Notes under the pieces: generated by a model
What the model saw: only the letters and a program-made list of their open reading frames with translations
Databases searched by the model: none
Told to the model about the DNA's origin: nothing
Part shown: positions 40,134 through 53,500 of the stretch, piece by piece
How the letters are laid out: each line of letters starts with the position of its first letter
Numbering within the stretch: the stretch's first letter is position 1
From: Utricularia gibba
Lineage: Eukaryota > Plantae > Magnoliophyta
Length of the DNA: 64,000 nt
NCBI GenBank assembly: GCA_002189035.1
Contig: CM007989.1
Span: 4,898,001-4,962,000 of the forward strand
Reading direction: 5' to 3'
Translations under genes and position numbers: made by a program

Positions 40134-41636
40134 TGTTAGTGTATGTGTTCTAGAGACAATCAACTCATTGGCAAATCTTATCTTATGATATTTACTTTGA
40201 ATTCTGATCAAATTTATATCATCGATAAAATCCTCTACTTGATCTATGTGCTATAGAAATTATGATGAGATCATAATGTGAGATTCTTCAAGCACTCATG
40301 ATCAAGTAAAAAACTCCTTAGCTAGAGTATTTGTGAAATGAGGATATCACAAATACGGATAAGCTGGCACACATTGAGTTCCCTAAATTATTTAGGCAAT
40401 GGTTCTCACAATTGATGTAATGAGATTACTAGAACCTATGTGTGGGTGTCGATTAGAGAATCGATTCACTGGATGACTCATCTTCGAGATGCTACTATGG
40501 GAAGCTAACCAAGTGTCAGTAGCAAGATCTCGAATATGACAGCCGTGCAATTAAGCTTAGACTTGAGGTCAACAAAGTTATCTTAATCTTAAGCTCACAT
40601 TTTCACTCATTACTAATGGGAGCCTAACCATGGCGTGCCTAGTATGGATGAGTAGGGATGTGACTCCTTAAGGTTGGAGATAGTTGATTGATCAATAAAG
40701 GATTCATCACTCATGTTAGCGATGAGATCATATCTCAAGTAATTGCATCAAAGCCTAACAGTAAGTCCTGGGCCCAGGGTAATGACACTCGAATTGTTTG
40801 AGTAGGTCATTGAGTATTAGTGCTTGAATGCAATTATAAGTTCGATACATCAGAAAGACACACACCCATTGTTCTAGTATCGAATGAGATATAAGTATGA
40901 TGAAAGCTATTCACTGCATGGTGGCTGGTCATGGAAAGGCTCAATCAGTTCACCTGATTATTCTTACATCTTGGGGATCATGATATGTTGCTAGACATCA
41001 CTCATGATCGATAATGATGGATTTGATTAATTAAGAGTTAATTAATAAATCCATTATTACGGCCTTGATTGAAGAAGCATATAGGGTCACACACAATAGT
41101 GGAGTCACTCATTGATATAAAATAGAATGATACGATTACATGAGATGTAATTGGTAAAGTGGATAAATTAAATAGAGAGTTATTTTGAGATTAATATTGA
41201 TTAAACTTAAAATAAAAGATCTTATGTAGATAAGATTTGGAGTATATACATATCTCCATAAAATAAGATCTTTACGGAGATATGATTTGATATGTTACCA
41301 TATATCTATCAAAAAGATTTAGATCTTGAGATATGCTCCATGGGTCTTCGTGCTCTCTGAGACTAATCCACAAGAGGGCGTTTTTTCTCTACTAGCACCT
41401 GACGAATTCGACCAACATTCAAGAGCCTTGAGAAGGTTATCGACAGAGTGCTCCACGTGTGGATACCATAGAGGCCGTCTCCTATTGGCGGTTGGTGAAC
41501 AACAGAGTCATCTGAAAGGTATTTCAGCATCCCTTAGTCTGATGTATACCGTATTCCAAGATCTGCGTTGGGGGTTTCTCAAAATTTTAAAATTCCGCTG
41601 CTTTTGAGACATACGATGTCTACGAGAAACCCAACA
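40134..41636 (+). mobile_element. Complete Angela-family solo LTR (1503 bp), TSD ACAAC
   Basis: TGTTAGTG...CCCAACA; ACAAC at 40129-40133 and 41637-41641. Confidence 0.92.
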
Positions 41637-43728
41637 ACAACATATCATGAGTGAACTTATTGAGCCTTTCCATGGCCAGCCATCATGCAATGAACAACTT
41701 TCATCATACTTATATCTCATTCAATACCAGAACATGGGTGTGTGTCTTTCTAATATATCAAACTTATAATTGCATTCAAGCACTAATACTCAATGACCTA
41801 CACAAACAATTAGAGTGTCATTACCCTTGGCCCAAGACTTACTGATAGGCTTTGATACAATTACTTTAGATATGATCTCATAGCTAACATGAGTGATAAA
41901 TTCTTTATTGATCAATCAACTACCTCCAACCTTAAGGAGTCACATCCCTACTGATAAACGGAAAATTATGCAATGTCGTTAAATGCAAATTTCTCCTATC
42001 AAATAAATTTATAACCTAATACACCTTCAAGCATTAAACAATTATGAGCATAGTGATTAGGGTCGAACACGAAGAGCAGGTGCTTGCTATATGAGTGTTA
42101 ATGCATGTAATCAGTGCACGTTGTAAAATTGATCTTAGCTAGGAATAAAAAAGAACTACGATGGAATGCAGTAAGGAAAAGGTAACAAGTTTGGATTCGG
42201 TCGTTTCTTGAATGGAATGGGTGATGCCTTGGGACTCCTAGGGGATGTATGCCTATCACTAAACAAGCTCACATAAATCAAAAATCATACAACTAACTTA
42301 CAAGATCTAGGTCTACTCGGATTCTTGTTTTTCCCCCTAATCTTTGGTCTACCTCTAATTAGGGTTGTTAGTTGGGTTTCACTACCTCCCCCTCCTGGAT
42401 CTATCCTAGTTTGTTAAGGAAGTAGTGTGACTCGTGATTTAGCATATTTCTCCCCTCTTCACCCAAGGCACCCCCCTCTAAGTGCTTAGCTACTCCCAGT
42501 AATGAAAAGTAAAACATCTTCATAGCAGATACTAAGTAACATCCTGGCTACAAATGCTAAACAACAACGAGCAATATGAAGCAAAAGTAGGACAGACACT
42601 TCGTTCACATAGGAAATCCAAATCTAGTCTTAGCTGGGAACAATAAACATGAAGAACGAAAATAATTTCTCAAGAGAAGTTGTGTTCTTCTGGTTCGTCG
42701 TCCCCTCCGTCTTCTTTCTCCAAAAAAATCTCCAGAAACTTGTTCGTGAGTCTCAAAGGGGAGATCTCCCTTCTCTCTCCAACTTTCCCTCCTTTTGTCT
42801 AAAATCTCTCTTTTTCCCTCCTTGGATTTTGTGTGTACCAATTTGCAGACTTTTGGACAATGTGAGTAAATTCCATGCATTGAGTCACTCAAAAATATGT
42901 GTTATCACATTATGCTACAACGACACTAGACTTGTCCTCAAGTCCTAACTAAGACTAACAAGAGGTAAATAGTTGATGAATCTCCTACAGAGCGATGCGA
43001 ATGCTTATCATTCAGCTAAGAACGCATGAATTGCAGGGGTGCCACTGTGCATGTGAGGGTGTCACTCGAGCATACATGACAATTTTATCCTGAAAGGTGC
43101 ATTCGAAGATTAAATGAGCGAAAATAGCATGTGCTTACCTCCAAAGAATGCTGATTGTCACTGCTATATTTTTTTTTTTCTTCTTTTTTTTTCTTTCTAC
43201 AGAGATCAAGACCAGGGAGAATTTAGAGTTCAACTCAGGTATACTGTTGCTTCCCCTTTTTGTTTGTGAGTGTGGGCTATGCACTCTCCTCCTTATTCCT
43301 CAAGGGGTCCCTTCTACTCCTCTGAGTTGTTCTCATAACCCCCCTGTGCTCTTTACTCTGTCGTCTACACATGCTCTTTTGTTGTGGGTTTCATCGCTTT
43401 TCTGTTGATGATGTTTTTTTTGACCCATTTGTTTTTGCTACCTACAGATTTCGTGACAACCACTCCCCCATGAAAAATCAACACATGCCAATCTACTAAA
43501 AAAAATCTTGAATGCACCAATCTGACTACATTGAACATGTTGCTATCTCACAAAATAATCAAAGGGAAAACATGCTCACTGGTTCATAAAATGGTCATAA
43601 CAAAATTCATGCATTTCGTGCATCATGAAAAACATCCCATGCTTGTAAGGAAATCCCTTAACCATTCACAAAATCCTCATGACCATAAAAAAAAAATAAA
43701 TAAATAAAACTAAGACAATGCAGCAATG

Positions 43729-45230
43729 TTACTTGGTCAGGGAGGAGTCTTTCACTCCCTGTTTTAGTTCCTTCACTTCCCTTAGCAAATTCTCGAGCCT
43801 GTCATATATCATGTCAATCCTTTCAGTGCAGCAGCAAACTTTCTCGTTCCTTTGGCTCATGGCTGTCTGATCAAGGGTTTTTCCTTTTTCCTTCACTGGA
43901 GGTGCCTCCCCACAAAGTCCTGCAAGAGACTTGAAAACAAATCCACTTCCTCGTGCACGAATTAGTCCAGCAATTATAAGAAAATGAGCATCAAGAGGGG
44001 CTACCTTTGTTTCTACATGCAAAAATTCCAACTCAGAAATTTTATCAGAGCATAACCTTTGAGCAAGAAAGGTAACAACATTACGAACCCAAGATGCTTT
44101 ATGGTATTCCTCTGATATTCCCAGTTCATTTGCTCTGCTAAAATTGCTCCTAAATTCAGGGGTTTCTTGTGCAACAAGCACCACATGACAAACAAATCAC
44201 GTTTGTACAGAGAATTAAATCCGAAGACCCTACCAAATAGCACAGCAGAAACAAGCAAGTGGACATATCGCATAGTAAGGTCTGTAAATAAATCAGCTTT
44301 CGTCCCTTGGATTTAAATTCTATCACATGTTGATCAGTTAAATTTCATAAACCTCTTCAGCATTAAAGTCATCAGGGTAATCAACATGCTTTTCTGTACA
44401 AAATCCTAAGGCTACATTCCATTCAGCAATTGATAATGAGAAATTCTTTCCTAGCAATTTAAACGTAATGGCTGATGGTGCAAGCATAGTTTCTGGTTTC
44501 TCATAATAAAAGGTAGAAGCAAATTCATACATCAATTCAACATAAGAAGGACGGTTCAAATCATATAAAACAAGCAGCGCAGAATCCTCTAAAATTGAGT
44601 GAACTTCTGTAACTATACTCAATTCTACCAATATTTCGAAATCTATGACCCGACATGGCAGCAACCTTGCCCCTTTTACCTCATTGTACCTAGCTGTGAA
44701 TTCTTCTTCATCGTAACGTAGGTACTTGAGGTTGAGCGTTTCTGCATGTTGCTTGAATTATAGGATGCCTTTGCTGGTCATTTTTCGCTGTGATTTCCCT
44801 TTCTCTTCCTCTTCAAACCTGCCTGAACTCAAGTATAGTGGAGCAAGGTTAGGTAAAAATTTCTCTCTTTTTGTTTGTACCTGTTCCTCCTCCTCGCTGG
44901 CATTCTCATCATGTTTCTCCTTTCCTGTCTAAAACTGTTCTGCCTCACCAGATTCTGCCTCGTTTTCTATAGTTTCCTGCTCTGCAACTTCTGGGACTTC
45001 CTCAACCCTTTCTGGTGCGATCTCTTCTCTTGATTCCAAGTTCTTCTCCACATTTTTGATCACCTCTTCCACTGCACTGTTCGTGGTGGTGTCTTTCTGC
45101 TTCATCTGGCCCTTTCTCCCGGTTTCTTTTTTTGGTAAACAATTTGGGGTGGCTCTGTGGATGATTCTTCAACAGCCAATTTCCCTTTTCCTTTATAACT
45201 TCTCTGCAATTTCCTTAATTTCTGTTGAGG
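43729..45230 (-). pseudogene. Athila env-like/extra ORF, disrupted
   Basis: Between integrase and the 3' LTR: Glu-rich N-terminus, then RPSYVELMYEFASTF...FKLLGKNFSLSIAEWNVALGF and LFGRVFGFNSLYKRDLFVMWCL; contains stops and frameshifts. Confidence 0.7.
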
Positions 45231-45250
45231 ATCAGGACTGGTGGGTGTCT

Positions 45251-48200
45251 TCAATCTTGGACTCCTACGTCCTTCCATAGGTTATTCTTCCGTTTCAGGA
45301 GAGCGGACTTCACCCAAATGTTAGTCCCTCCATCATAAACCTCTACTATTCCATTTGGGAAAACTTCTTTCACTACAAATGGTCCAGTCCAATGAGATTT
45401 GAGTTTCCCTGGGTGTAACTTCAGTCTGGATTGAAACAACACTTTTTGACCAACTTCGAAGGACCTCCTGGAAATATGCTTATCGTGGTAACCTTTAGTC
45501 CTAGCTTTGAATAACTTTGAGCTTTCGTACACATCATTTCTCAGTTCTTTCAGTTCTGAGAGCTACAATTTTCTTTGGCTTGCACTAAGACTTTCATCAA
45601 GGTTTAGCCTCTTCACCGCCCACTAGGCCTTGTGCTCTAATGCAGCAGGTAACCTGCAAGGTCTCCATAAACTAAGCTGAATGGAGAGGTCCCAATTGGT
45701 GTTTTATATGCTGTTCGTATTGCCCATAAAGCATCCCTCAGTCTTAGACTCCAGTCCTTCCTGTTCGGGTTTACCACTTTCTCTAAAATCTACTTAATCT
45801 CCCTATTTGATACCTCCGTTTGGCCATTTGTTTGTGGATGGTATGCCGTTGATGGCTTATACCAGACGTTGAACTGCTTCAATACATTTCTCAAGGCCTG
45901 ATTATAAAAATGCGTACCTCGGTCACTGATCAGCGCCTTGGGAGTCCCATATCACACAAAAATATTGCTACGTAGAAAATTGATCATTGTCTTTGCGCCA
46001 TCCGTCCTTGTAGGAATGGCTTCAATCCACTTTGACACGTAATCAACAGCCACTAAAATATAGTTGTAGCCTGCAAAAGTGGGGAATGGCCCATAAAATC
46101 AATGCCCAAACATCAAATAATTCACATACCAGGATTCCTTGCGGTGGCATTTCGTCCCTATTGGATAAATTTCCCACTCTTTGGCACGGCTCACAACCCT
46201 TACAATAAGCGTAACAGTCTCTAAAGATGTGAGGCCAGTAGAATCCATAGCCCAAAATTTTTCTGGCTGTACGGTTTGGTGCATGATGGCCACCAAAGGG
46301 TCCTGCATGACAAGAATTGATAATTTTAGGAATTTCAAACTCATGAACACACCTTCTAATGACACCATCATTGCATCTTTTCCAAAGGTAAGGATCATCC
46401 CAAATATAATATTTGGCATCACTCTTCAGTTTGTTCTTCATGTGATAATCAATTCCTGGTGGCATCACTCCTGCTGAAACAAAGTTAGCCAAGTCTGCAA
46501 ACCACGATTCACGAATATTAGTCCTAACTAAGAATAATTGTTCATCTGGGAACGTTTCAGTGATAGGATTGTCATCCTTAATCCTTTCCATCCTGCTGAG
46601 ATGGTCAGCAACCATGTTCTCCTTTCTAGGCCTGTCTATAATTTCCACATCGAACTCCTAAACAAGGAGAACCATCTAATCAACTATGGTTTAGTCTCTT
46701 TCTTTCCATCAAGTGCTTTACCGCTGAATGGTCTGTGTAGACCACAATCTTACTCCCTAAAAGATAGGAACGAAATTTCTCCAAAGCAAAAATCACAGCT
46801 AGAAATTTTCTTTCAGCCACAGTGTAATTTTTCTGGGCATCATCCAAGGTTTTAGAGGCATAAGAAATAACATGATGTTTCCCTCCAATTTTTTGTCCTA
46901 AAACCGCCCCTACAGCATGACAACTAGCATCACACATAATTTCGAAATCATACCACCAAACAGGAGCACAGCCTCTTTCAAACAATTAAAAGCATTTTTG
47001 CATGAATCATCAAAAATAAATTCCACATCATTATGCAAAAGTCTACTAAGAGGCAAGGCAATTTTAGAAAAATTCTGAATAAATCTTCTATAAAAACCAA
47101 CATGTCCTAAAAATGATCTCACACCTTTAACATCAATTGGATATGGTAACTCAGTCATAATTTCAATTTTTGCTTTGTCTACCTCAATACCTTTCCTAGA
47201 AATAACATGGCCAAGCACAATTCCATGATCAACCATAAAATGACATTTTTCAGAATTAAGAACAAGATTTTTTTCAACACATTTTCGCAAAACCTGATCC
47301 AAATGATCTAAACATGACTCATAATCTTCTCCATACACTATAAAATCGTCCATAAAAATTTCAATGAAATCCTCACCAAAGTTTGAGAAGATGCTGGTCA
47401 TACACCTCTGAAAGGTAGCAGGGGCGTTGCACAACCCAAAGGGCATCCTTCTATAGGCATATGTCCCAAATGGACAGGTAAAAGTAGTCTTGTCTTGATC
47501 CATACCTGAAATTGCAACTTGGTTATATCCAGAATAACCATCTAAGAAGCAATAAAAAGATTTTCCTGCTAATTTTTTGAGCATTTGATCAATGAAAGGT
47601 AAGGTGTAATGGTCCTTCTTGGTCACTTCATTTAATTTCGTATAGTCTATGCATACTCTCCATCCATTTTGAATTCTTTTAGGCAGCAGCTCTCCCTTCT
47701 CGTTCTCCACCACTGTCATACCAGTCTTCTTGGGCACCACATGGATTGGACTCACCCATTCGCTGTCTGTAATGGAGTAGATTATACCTGCATCATGAAG
47801 TTTTACAATTTCCTTCTTTACCACTTCCATCATATTTGGGTTGAGGCGCCTTTGTGGTTGGCGAACAGGTTTAGCTCCATCTTCTAATAAAATCCTGTGC
47901 ATACATATAGAAGGAGAGATGCCTTCAATATCTGCAAGAGTCCAGCCAATCGCCCTCTTGTTCCTTATCAGCACGTCCAGCAATCGCGACTCTTGGTCTA
48001 AGCTAAGAATATTTGAGATGATAATCGGGTTGTTCATTTCTTCATCCAAGAATGCGTACTTCAGGTGTGTGGGCAGTGGCTTCAGCTCAGCTATCCTCTC
48101 CTCCAGAGTCTTGACTTGCATAGCATTCATTTGTTCTGACCTCTTTTCAGCTTCCACCCTTGCAAAAAATGATTCTTCATGTTCTTCTTCCTTCTCTTGG

Positions 48201-50391
48201 ATAGCCTTCTCAATATGCTCCTCAACCAATTTATCCATCACGTTCACTGAGCATACACTCTCAAAATCACTGGGATAATTGTTTACCTCTTTCATGTCCA
48301 GCGTGATCTTTTCTTCATTAAAGGATAACTCAATTGTACCCATCTTCACATTAATTATGGCATGGGAAGTGCTCAAGAAGGGTCTTCCAAGGATGATGGT
48401 CGTATCCCTTGAACTTCCAGCAGGCATATTTACCACGTAGAAGTCTGCTAGAAACACTAGCTGCCCAATCTTCACAAGAACATCTTCAACCAAGCCCTTT
48501 GGAGAAATAACTCTTCGGTCAGCTAGTTCAATTTGCACTCCTAAGGCTTGTAGAGGTCCTAACCCGAGAGTCTCATATACAGAAAATGACATCACGTTTA
48601 TAGAGGCTCCCAGGTCCGCCATAGCTCTCCTAATGTTCAGATCACCTATTTTGCAAGGAATAAAAATGTTCCAGGGTCCTTGCGTTTTTCAGGTAGTTTC
48701 CAAGTCAAAAGGGCTGAACAACTCTCACTCAGCTTCACCTTACCTTTTTCCTTCAATTTTTCCTTTGACATACAGAGCTGCTTCAGTTACTTCACGCTTT
48801 TGGGTACCAAGTCAATATACTCTAGCAATGTCAATTTAATTGGGTATTTCCCAAGGCTCTCAACATCTTTTCTTTTTCATTTTGCTCCTCTCTCATCTTC
48901 AACCTTCCTAGAAATGGTGGTGGGGTTACTTTTACCACGAGAGGCTCAGTAGCAATCTCCACTTCTTGTTCTTCAACATCTTCTTCCACCACATCTTCAG
49001 ACTCTTCTACTGTCTCTAAATTACTCTTAGGAAGGACTAATTCTCTGCTAGGCTTTTCTTTCCCGCTCCTCATTGTCATTGCACTGATATTTTGTCCACC
49101 CCCAGAGTTGGGATTCTGTTTGGCTTATGACGGTAGGCTTCCTTTTTGCTTCAGTTCCCCAACCTCTGTTGCAAGCTGAGTGACTTGAATTTCCAAGTTC
49201 TTGATAGCTTGTTGGTTCTCAGCTTGGTTCTTGATTAATTGGGTCATAAAAGTCTTCAAGATATCCTCCAATGAACTTCCAGAATTTCCTCCAGAATTAT
49301 TCTGATTTGGAGGCTGAAATTGCTGTTGCTGCATCTGCTAGTTTGGCTTGCGAAATTGTGGAGCTTGATAAGAACGTTGCTGTTGCTCCTGGAAATTTTG
49401 CTAAAATCCTTGATGTTCAGCTGATGAACTCTCACCCTTGTAAGAATTACCACTATTACTCCATCTGAAATTTGGATGATCTCTCCATCCAGGATTGTAA
49501 GTGCTCGAATAGGGATCATATTTCTTCCTTTGTGGCTCCAAATATCTCATTGCCTTCACATGTTCTTCCTCCATCAATTCAGGACATTTATCAACAATGT
49601 GTCCTATTCTGTGGCAATTCCCGCAGGGCATATTCTTAGCTTGGAATAAAAAGAGTTCCTTCATCATCTCAGACATGGCTGCCACATTTTTCATTAGCTC
49701 ACTTTCTGATGACTTTGGTTTGTATTCCAGCTCATATATTCTTCTATTCGAGGCCTGTTTTCTGATTATGTGCCTAGAATGCTCAGCCAACTCCTCAAGT
49801 AGCGCAAGAGCTTCTGTGGGAGTTTTTTTTCTCAAAAACCCACCTTCTGCAGAGTCCACCATGGCCCTATCCGTGCATAGAAGACCATCATAAAAATACT
49901 TAACCAATGCATTGATCTGAAATCCGTGGTGTGGACAGGAGCCTAGCAGGTGATTAAAACGCTTACAATATTCATGTAAAGGTTCTCCACTTGTTTGCTC
50001 AATGTCACTGATTTCCTTTCGTATCCCTTCAGCCTTTGAAGCAAGGAAATATTTGCTGAGAAATACTTTCTTCATCCCTGACCAATCCATAATACTTTCA
50101 GGCTTCAAAGAGTTGAACCATGACTTTACGCTCCTTCTAGTGTAAATTGAATGCCCTCAAACAGATGGCATCCTCAATCATCCCAGCACTCTTAAAGGAG
50201 GTGCAAACAGCAGTGACATTATCAAGATGTTCATGTGGGTTTTCACCCACTTTTCCATAGTATTTAGGCAGAAAATTTATCATAGCTGGCTTCAATTCAT
50301 TGGCTGTGTCATCAGAGAACCTTATACACAGCCCTCTGTGCGTGTGGTCAGCTGCATCAAGCTCATTCAGGGTCTTCTCCTGTTCTACCAT
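45251..50391 (-). pseudogene. Athila-like gag-pol (gag, protease, RT, RNase H, integrase), disrupted
   Basis: ELKPAMINFLPKYYG, YDPYSSTYNPGWRDHPNFRW, MADLGASINVM, WRVCIDY, FLDGYSGY, FMDDF, CDASCHAVGAVLGQ, GGHHAPNRTARK, KLKSHWTGPF; several frameshifts and deletions. Confidence 0.92.
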
Positions 50392-50562
50392 ATTGAAATT
50401 AGCTTGAGTAACAACAGGGAGTCTGTCTGCTCAACTTGCTGCTTCTCTCACTCTTGTGCGGTTCTTGCTGATAGTTCTCTCGATTTCTGGGTGGAAAACA
50501 AGATCACCTGCACCATAAGAACGCAAATGCATCAACCAAATCACAAAACAATTAAACACCGC

Positions 50563-50580
50563 TCCCCGGCAGCGGCGCCA
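50563..50580 (-). promoter_or_regulatory. Primer binding site (tRNA-Asp type, typical of Athila)
   Basis: TGGCGCCGCTGCCGGGGA, 3 nt after the 5' LTR. Confidence 0.85.
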
Positions 50581-53500
50581 ATTTCATAAACGGAAAATTA
50601 TGCAATGTCGTTAAATACAAATTTCTCTTATCAAATAAATTTATAACCTAATACACCTTCAAGCATTAAACAATTATTGGCATAGTGGACTAGGGTCGAA
50701 CACAAGGAGCTAGGTGCTTGCTATGTGAAGGTCAATGCAAGGAATCAATGTCACGCTGGTAAAATTGGTCTTAGCTAGGAATAAAACAGATCTACGATGG
50801 AATGCAGTGTAAGAAAAGGTAAAGTTTGGGTTCGGTGGTTTCTTGAATGGAATGGGTGATGCCTTGGGACTCCTAGAGGATGTATGCCTATCACTAAACT
50901 AGCCCACATAAATCAAAAATCATACAACTAACTTACAAGATCTAGGTCTACTCGGATTCTTGTTTTTCCCCCTAATCTTTGGTCTACCTCTAATTAGGGT
51001 TGTTAGTTGGGTTTTACTACCTCCCCCTCCTGAATCTATCCTAGTTTGTTAAGGAAGTAGTGTGACTCGTGATTTATCAGGTCTAAGGATTGATTAGCAT
51101 ATTTCTCCCCTCTTCACTCAAGGCACCCCCCTCTAAGTGCTTAGCTACTCCCGGTAATGGAAAGTAAAACATCTTCATAGCAGATACTAAGCAACATCTT
51201 GGCTACAAATGCTAAACAACAACGAGCAATATGAAGCAAAAGTATGACAGACACTTCGTTCACACAGGAAATCCAAATCTAGTCTTAGCTAGGAACAGTA
51301 AACATGAAAACGAAAATAATTTCTCAAGAGAAGTTGTGTTCTTCTGGTTCGTCGTCCCCTCCGTCTTCTTTCTCCAAAAAAATCTCCAGAAACTTGTTCG
51401 TGAGTCTCCAAGGGGAGATCTGCCTTCTCTCTCCAACTTTCTCTCCTTTTGTCCAAAATCTCCCTTTTTTCTCCTTGGATTTTGTGTGCACCACTTTTCA
51501 GATTTTTGGACTCATCTTCTGCCACTACACTGTGCATATTCGGCTCCTTGAGATTTGTGTTGCGACCTGCACTGCATTACTCGAATAAAACAATTAGAAC
51601 AATATAAAACTAGGCAATAAAGCATAATTTTTGTAGCACAACATGAGTAAATTCCATGCATTGAGTCACTCAAAAATATGTGTTATCACCTACTCATTCA
51701 TACTAGACAAGCCATGGTTAGGCTCCCATTAGTAATGATCAAAAATGTGAACTTAATATCAAGATAACTTTGTTGACCTCAACTCTAACCTTACTTGCAT
51801 GGCTGTCATATTTGAGATCTTGCTACTGACACTTGGTTATCTTCTCATAGTAGCATCTCAAAAATGAGTGATCTAGTGAATCAATTCTCTAATCAACATC
51901 CACAAATAGGTTCTAGTAATCTCATTACATCAATTGTAAGAACCATTGACTAAACAGTTTAGGAAACTCAATGTGTGCCAGCTTATCCATATTTGTGATA
52001 TCCTCATTTCAAAAACTTTCTAGCCAGGGAATTTTTAACTTGAACATAAATGGTTGAAGAATCTCATATTATGATCTCCTCATAATTTATATAGCACATA
52101 GATCAAGTAGAGAATTTTATCGATGATGTAAATTTGATCACAATTCAAGGTAAATATCAAAAGATAAGATTTGTCAATGAGTTGATTGTCTCTAGAACAT
52201 ATACACCAATAGGTTTTGCATCACTTCTATTCTTCTTTCCTTATGATTTTAGAATAATTTTATATCTTTCATACCACATTAATCTTTTTGAAGGGGAAGT
52301 ATTTTTGTGATTTTTCATGACAATTTTGATATAATTTGAAGGATTTTCGAGTTGATTTTGATGGAGGCAAAAGATTTGATCTATCCAATTGAAGACACAA
52401 TCAAAAATTCTTGGATAAGATAAAATTTGCATCTTATCTTGAAAAATTTAGATCTTATTTTAAAAGATCTGCATCACATCTTCAAAAATCTGGATAGAAG
52501 ATTTGATATGAGCTCATCAAGAAAGCTCGGCCAATCCTCATCATTGTACAAAGATCAAAACCCGAAGATCGAAGGAGAGTTAGTTTTAAGGTTTAGAGTC
52601 GAGTCCAACATGTTTTGGATTCTTTTTCTTTCATTTTTCATCAACTTTTTTGTTTAGAGTCGAGCATGCACGTGTGAGCACTTACGGCTAAGGATCTGCG
52701 GTGAAGCCTTGCTTGCGCAAGTCTTGTGCGTGTGTATGTTTTACTATGTTTTTCGACATTTAATTTGAGATTTGATTCTGTTTTTCGCAACATTTTCTTT
52801 ACCAATGTGTTCTTTAATATCACATAATACAAAATGAGTGTGAGAGAATCAAAGGTTGTCCTCAAGCACCTAAGGAGAAAGGTTCAATCAGACATCATTG
52901 GTAAGGCACATTCTATCTAATTTGTCTACGAAGTGTGAGATGTAGAGGTTAGATTTGGGTGTGAGAAAAACATGTGTTATCATAGGAGGTGAAATGACTT
53001 TGGTGGTACGATTGATTGTATAATCTCACTAAATGAGGGACGGTGCTATAACGATTACTAAGTAGTACTAGTTTAGAATAACACCCCTAAAACTTGTGCA
53101 AACAGTTTAGTCCTCAAGGTTTGCATACACATGTTTGGATGAGTTTTGAGTAAGATAGATCTTAAATCTAAGGTCATTTTTCTTATTTGTTTTGAAACCA
53201 TATCTTTATTTTGTTTTCAATCTTTTTGAGTTTTTGTTTGAAAAGAAAATTCCAATAACAATTCCCTATGAATACAATCTTATTTTATTACTTCAACAGT
53301 TTCTATACACTTACAGAACTACCATCAATGAGGAATGATAACTTAGCACTATATTAACCTCTCACATCTTGTGCAATGATGATTGCTTGTTATTGAACTA
53401 TGAGAAGAAAAGTTCTATCATGTTAGTTTCTAATAACCCTTATTGGATGGACTCTAGACATGGTCTGCCTTGTGGGCAAGCTATCCATGGTCGACAAGTA

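Larger units (their letters stand above)
41952..51688 (-). mobile_element. Full-length Athila-like Ty3/gypsy retrotransposon, TSD CCTAC
   Basis: 5' LTR 50584-51688, 3' LTR 41952-42907, tRNA-Asp-type PBS, gag-pol relic and extra ORF; CCTAC at 41947-41951 and 51689-51693. Confidence 0.92.
39463..52211 (-). mobile_element. Angela-family solo LTR (about 1.5 kb reassembled) split by two insertions, TSD GGTTT
   Basis: Segments 39463-40133, 41642-41951 and 51689-52211 are the reverse complement of the Angela LTR; GGTTT at 39458-39462 and 52212-52216. Confidence 0.88.
39405..53327 (+). mobile_element. Probable solo LTR (about 1.17 kb when reassembled) split by the nested insertions
   Basis: TGATAAAT at 39405 continues after the insert at 52217 and ends ACCATCA at 53327. 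Flanks ATAGG / ATGAGG are an imperfect TSD. Confidence 0.55.
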
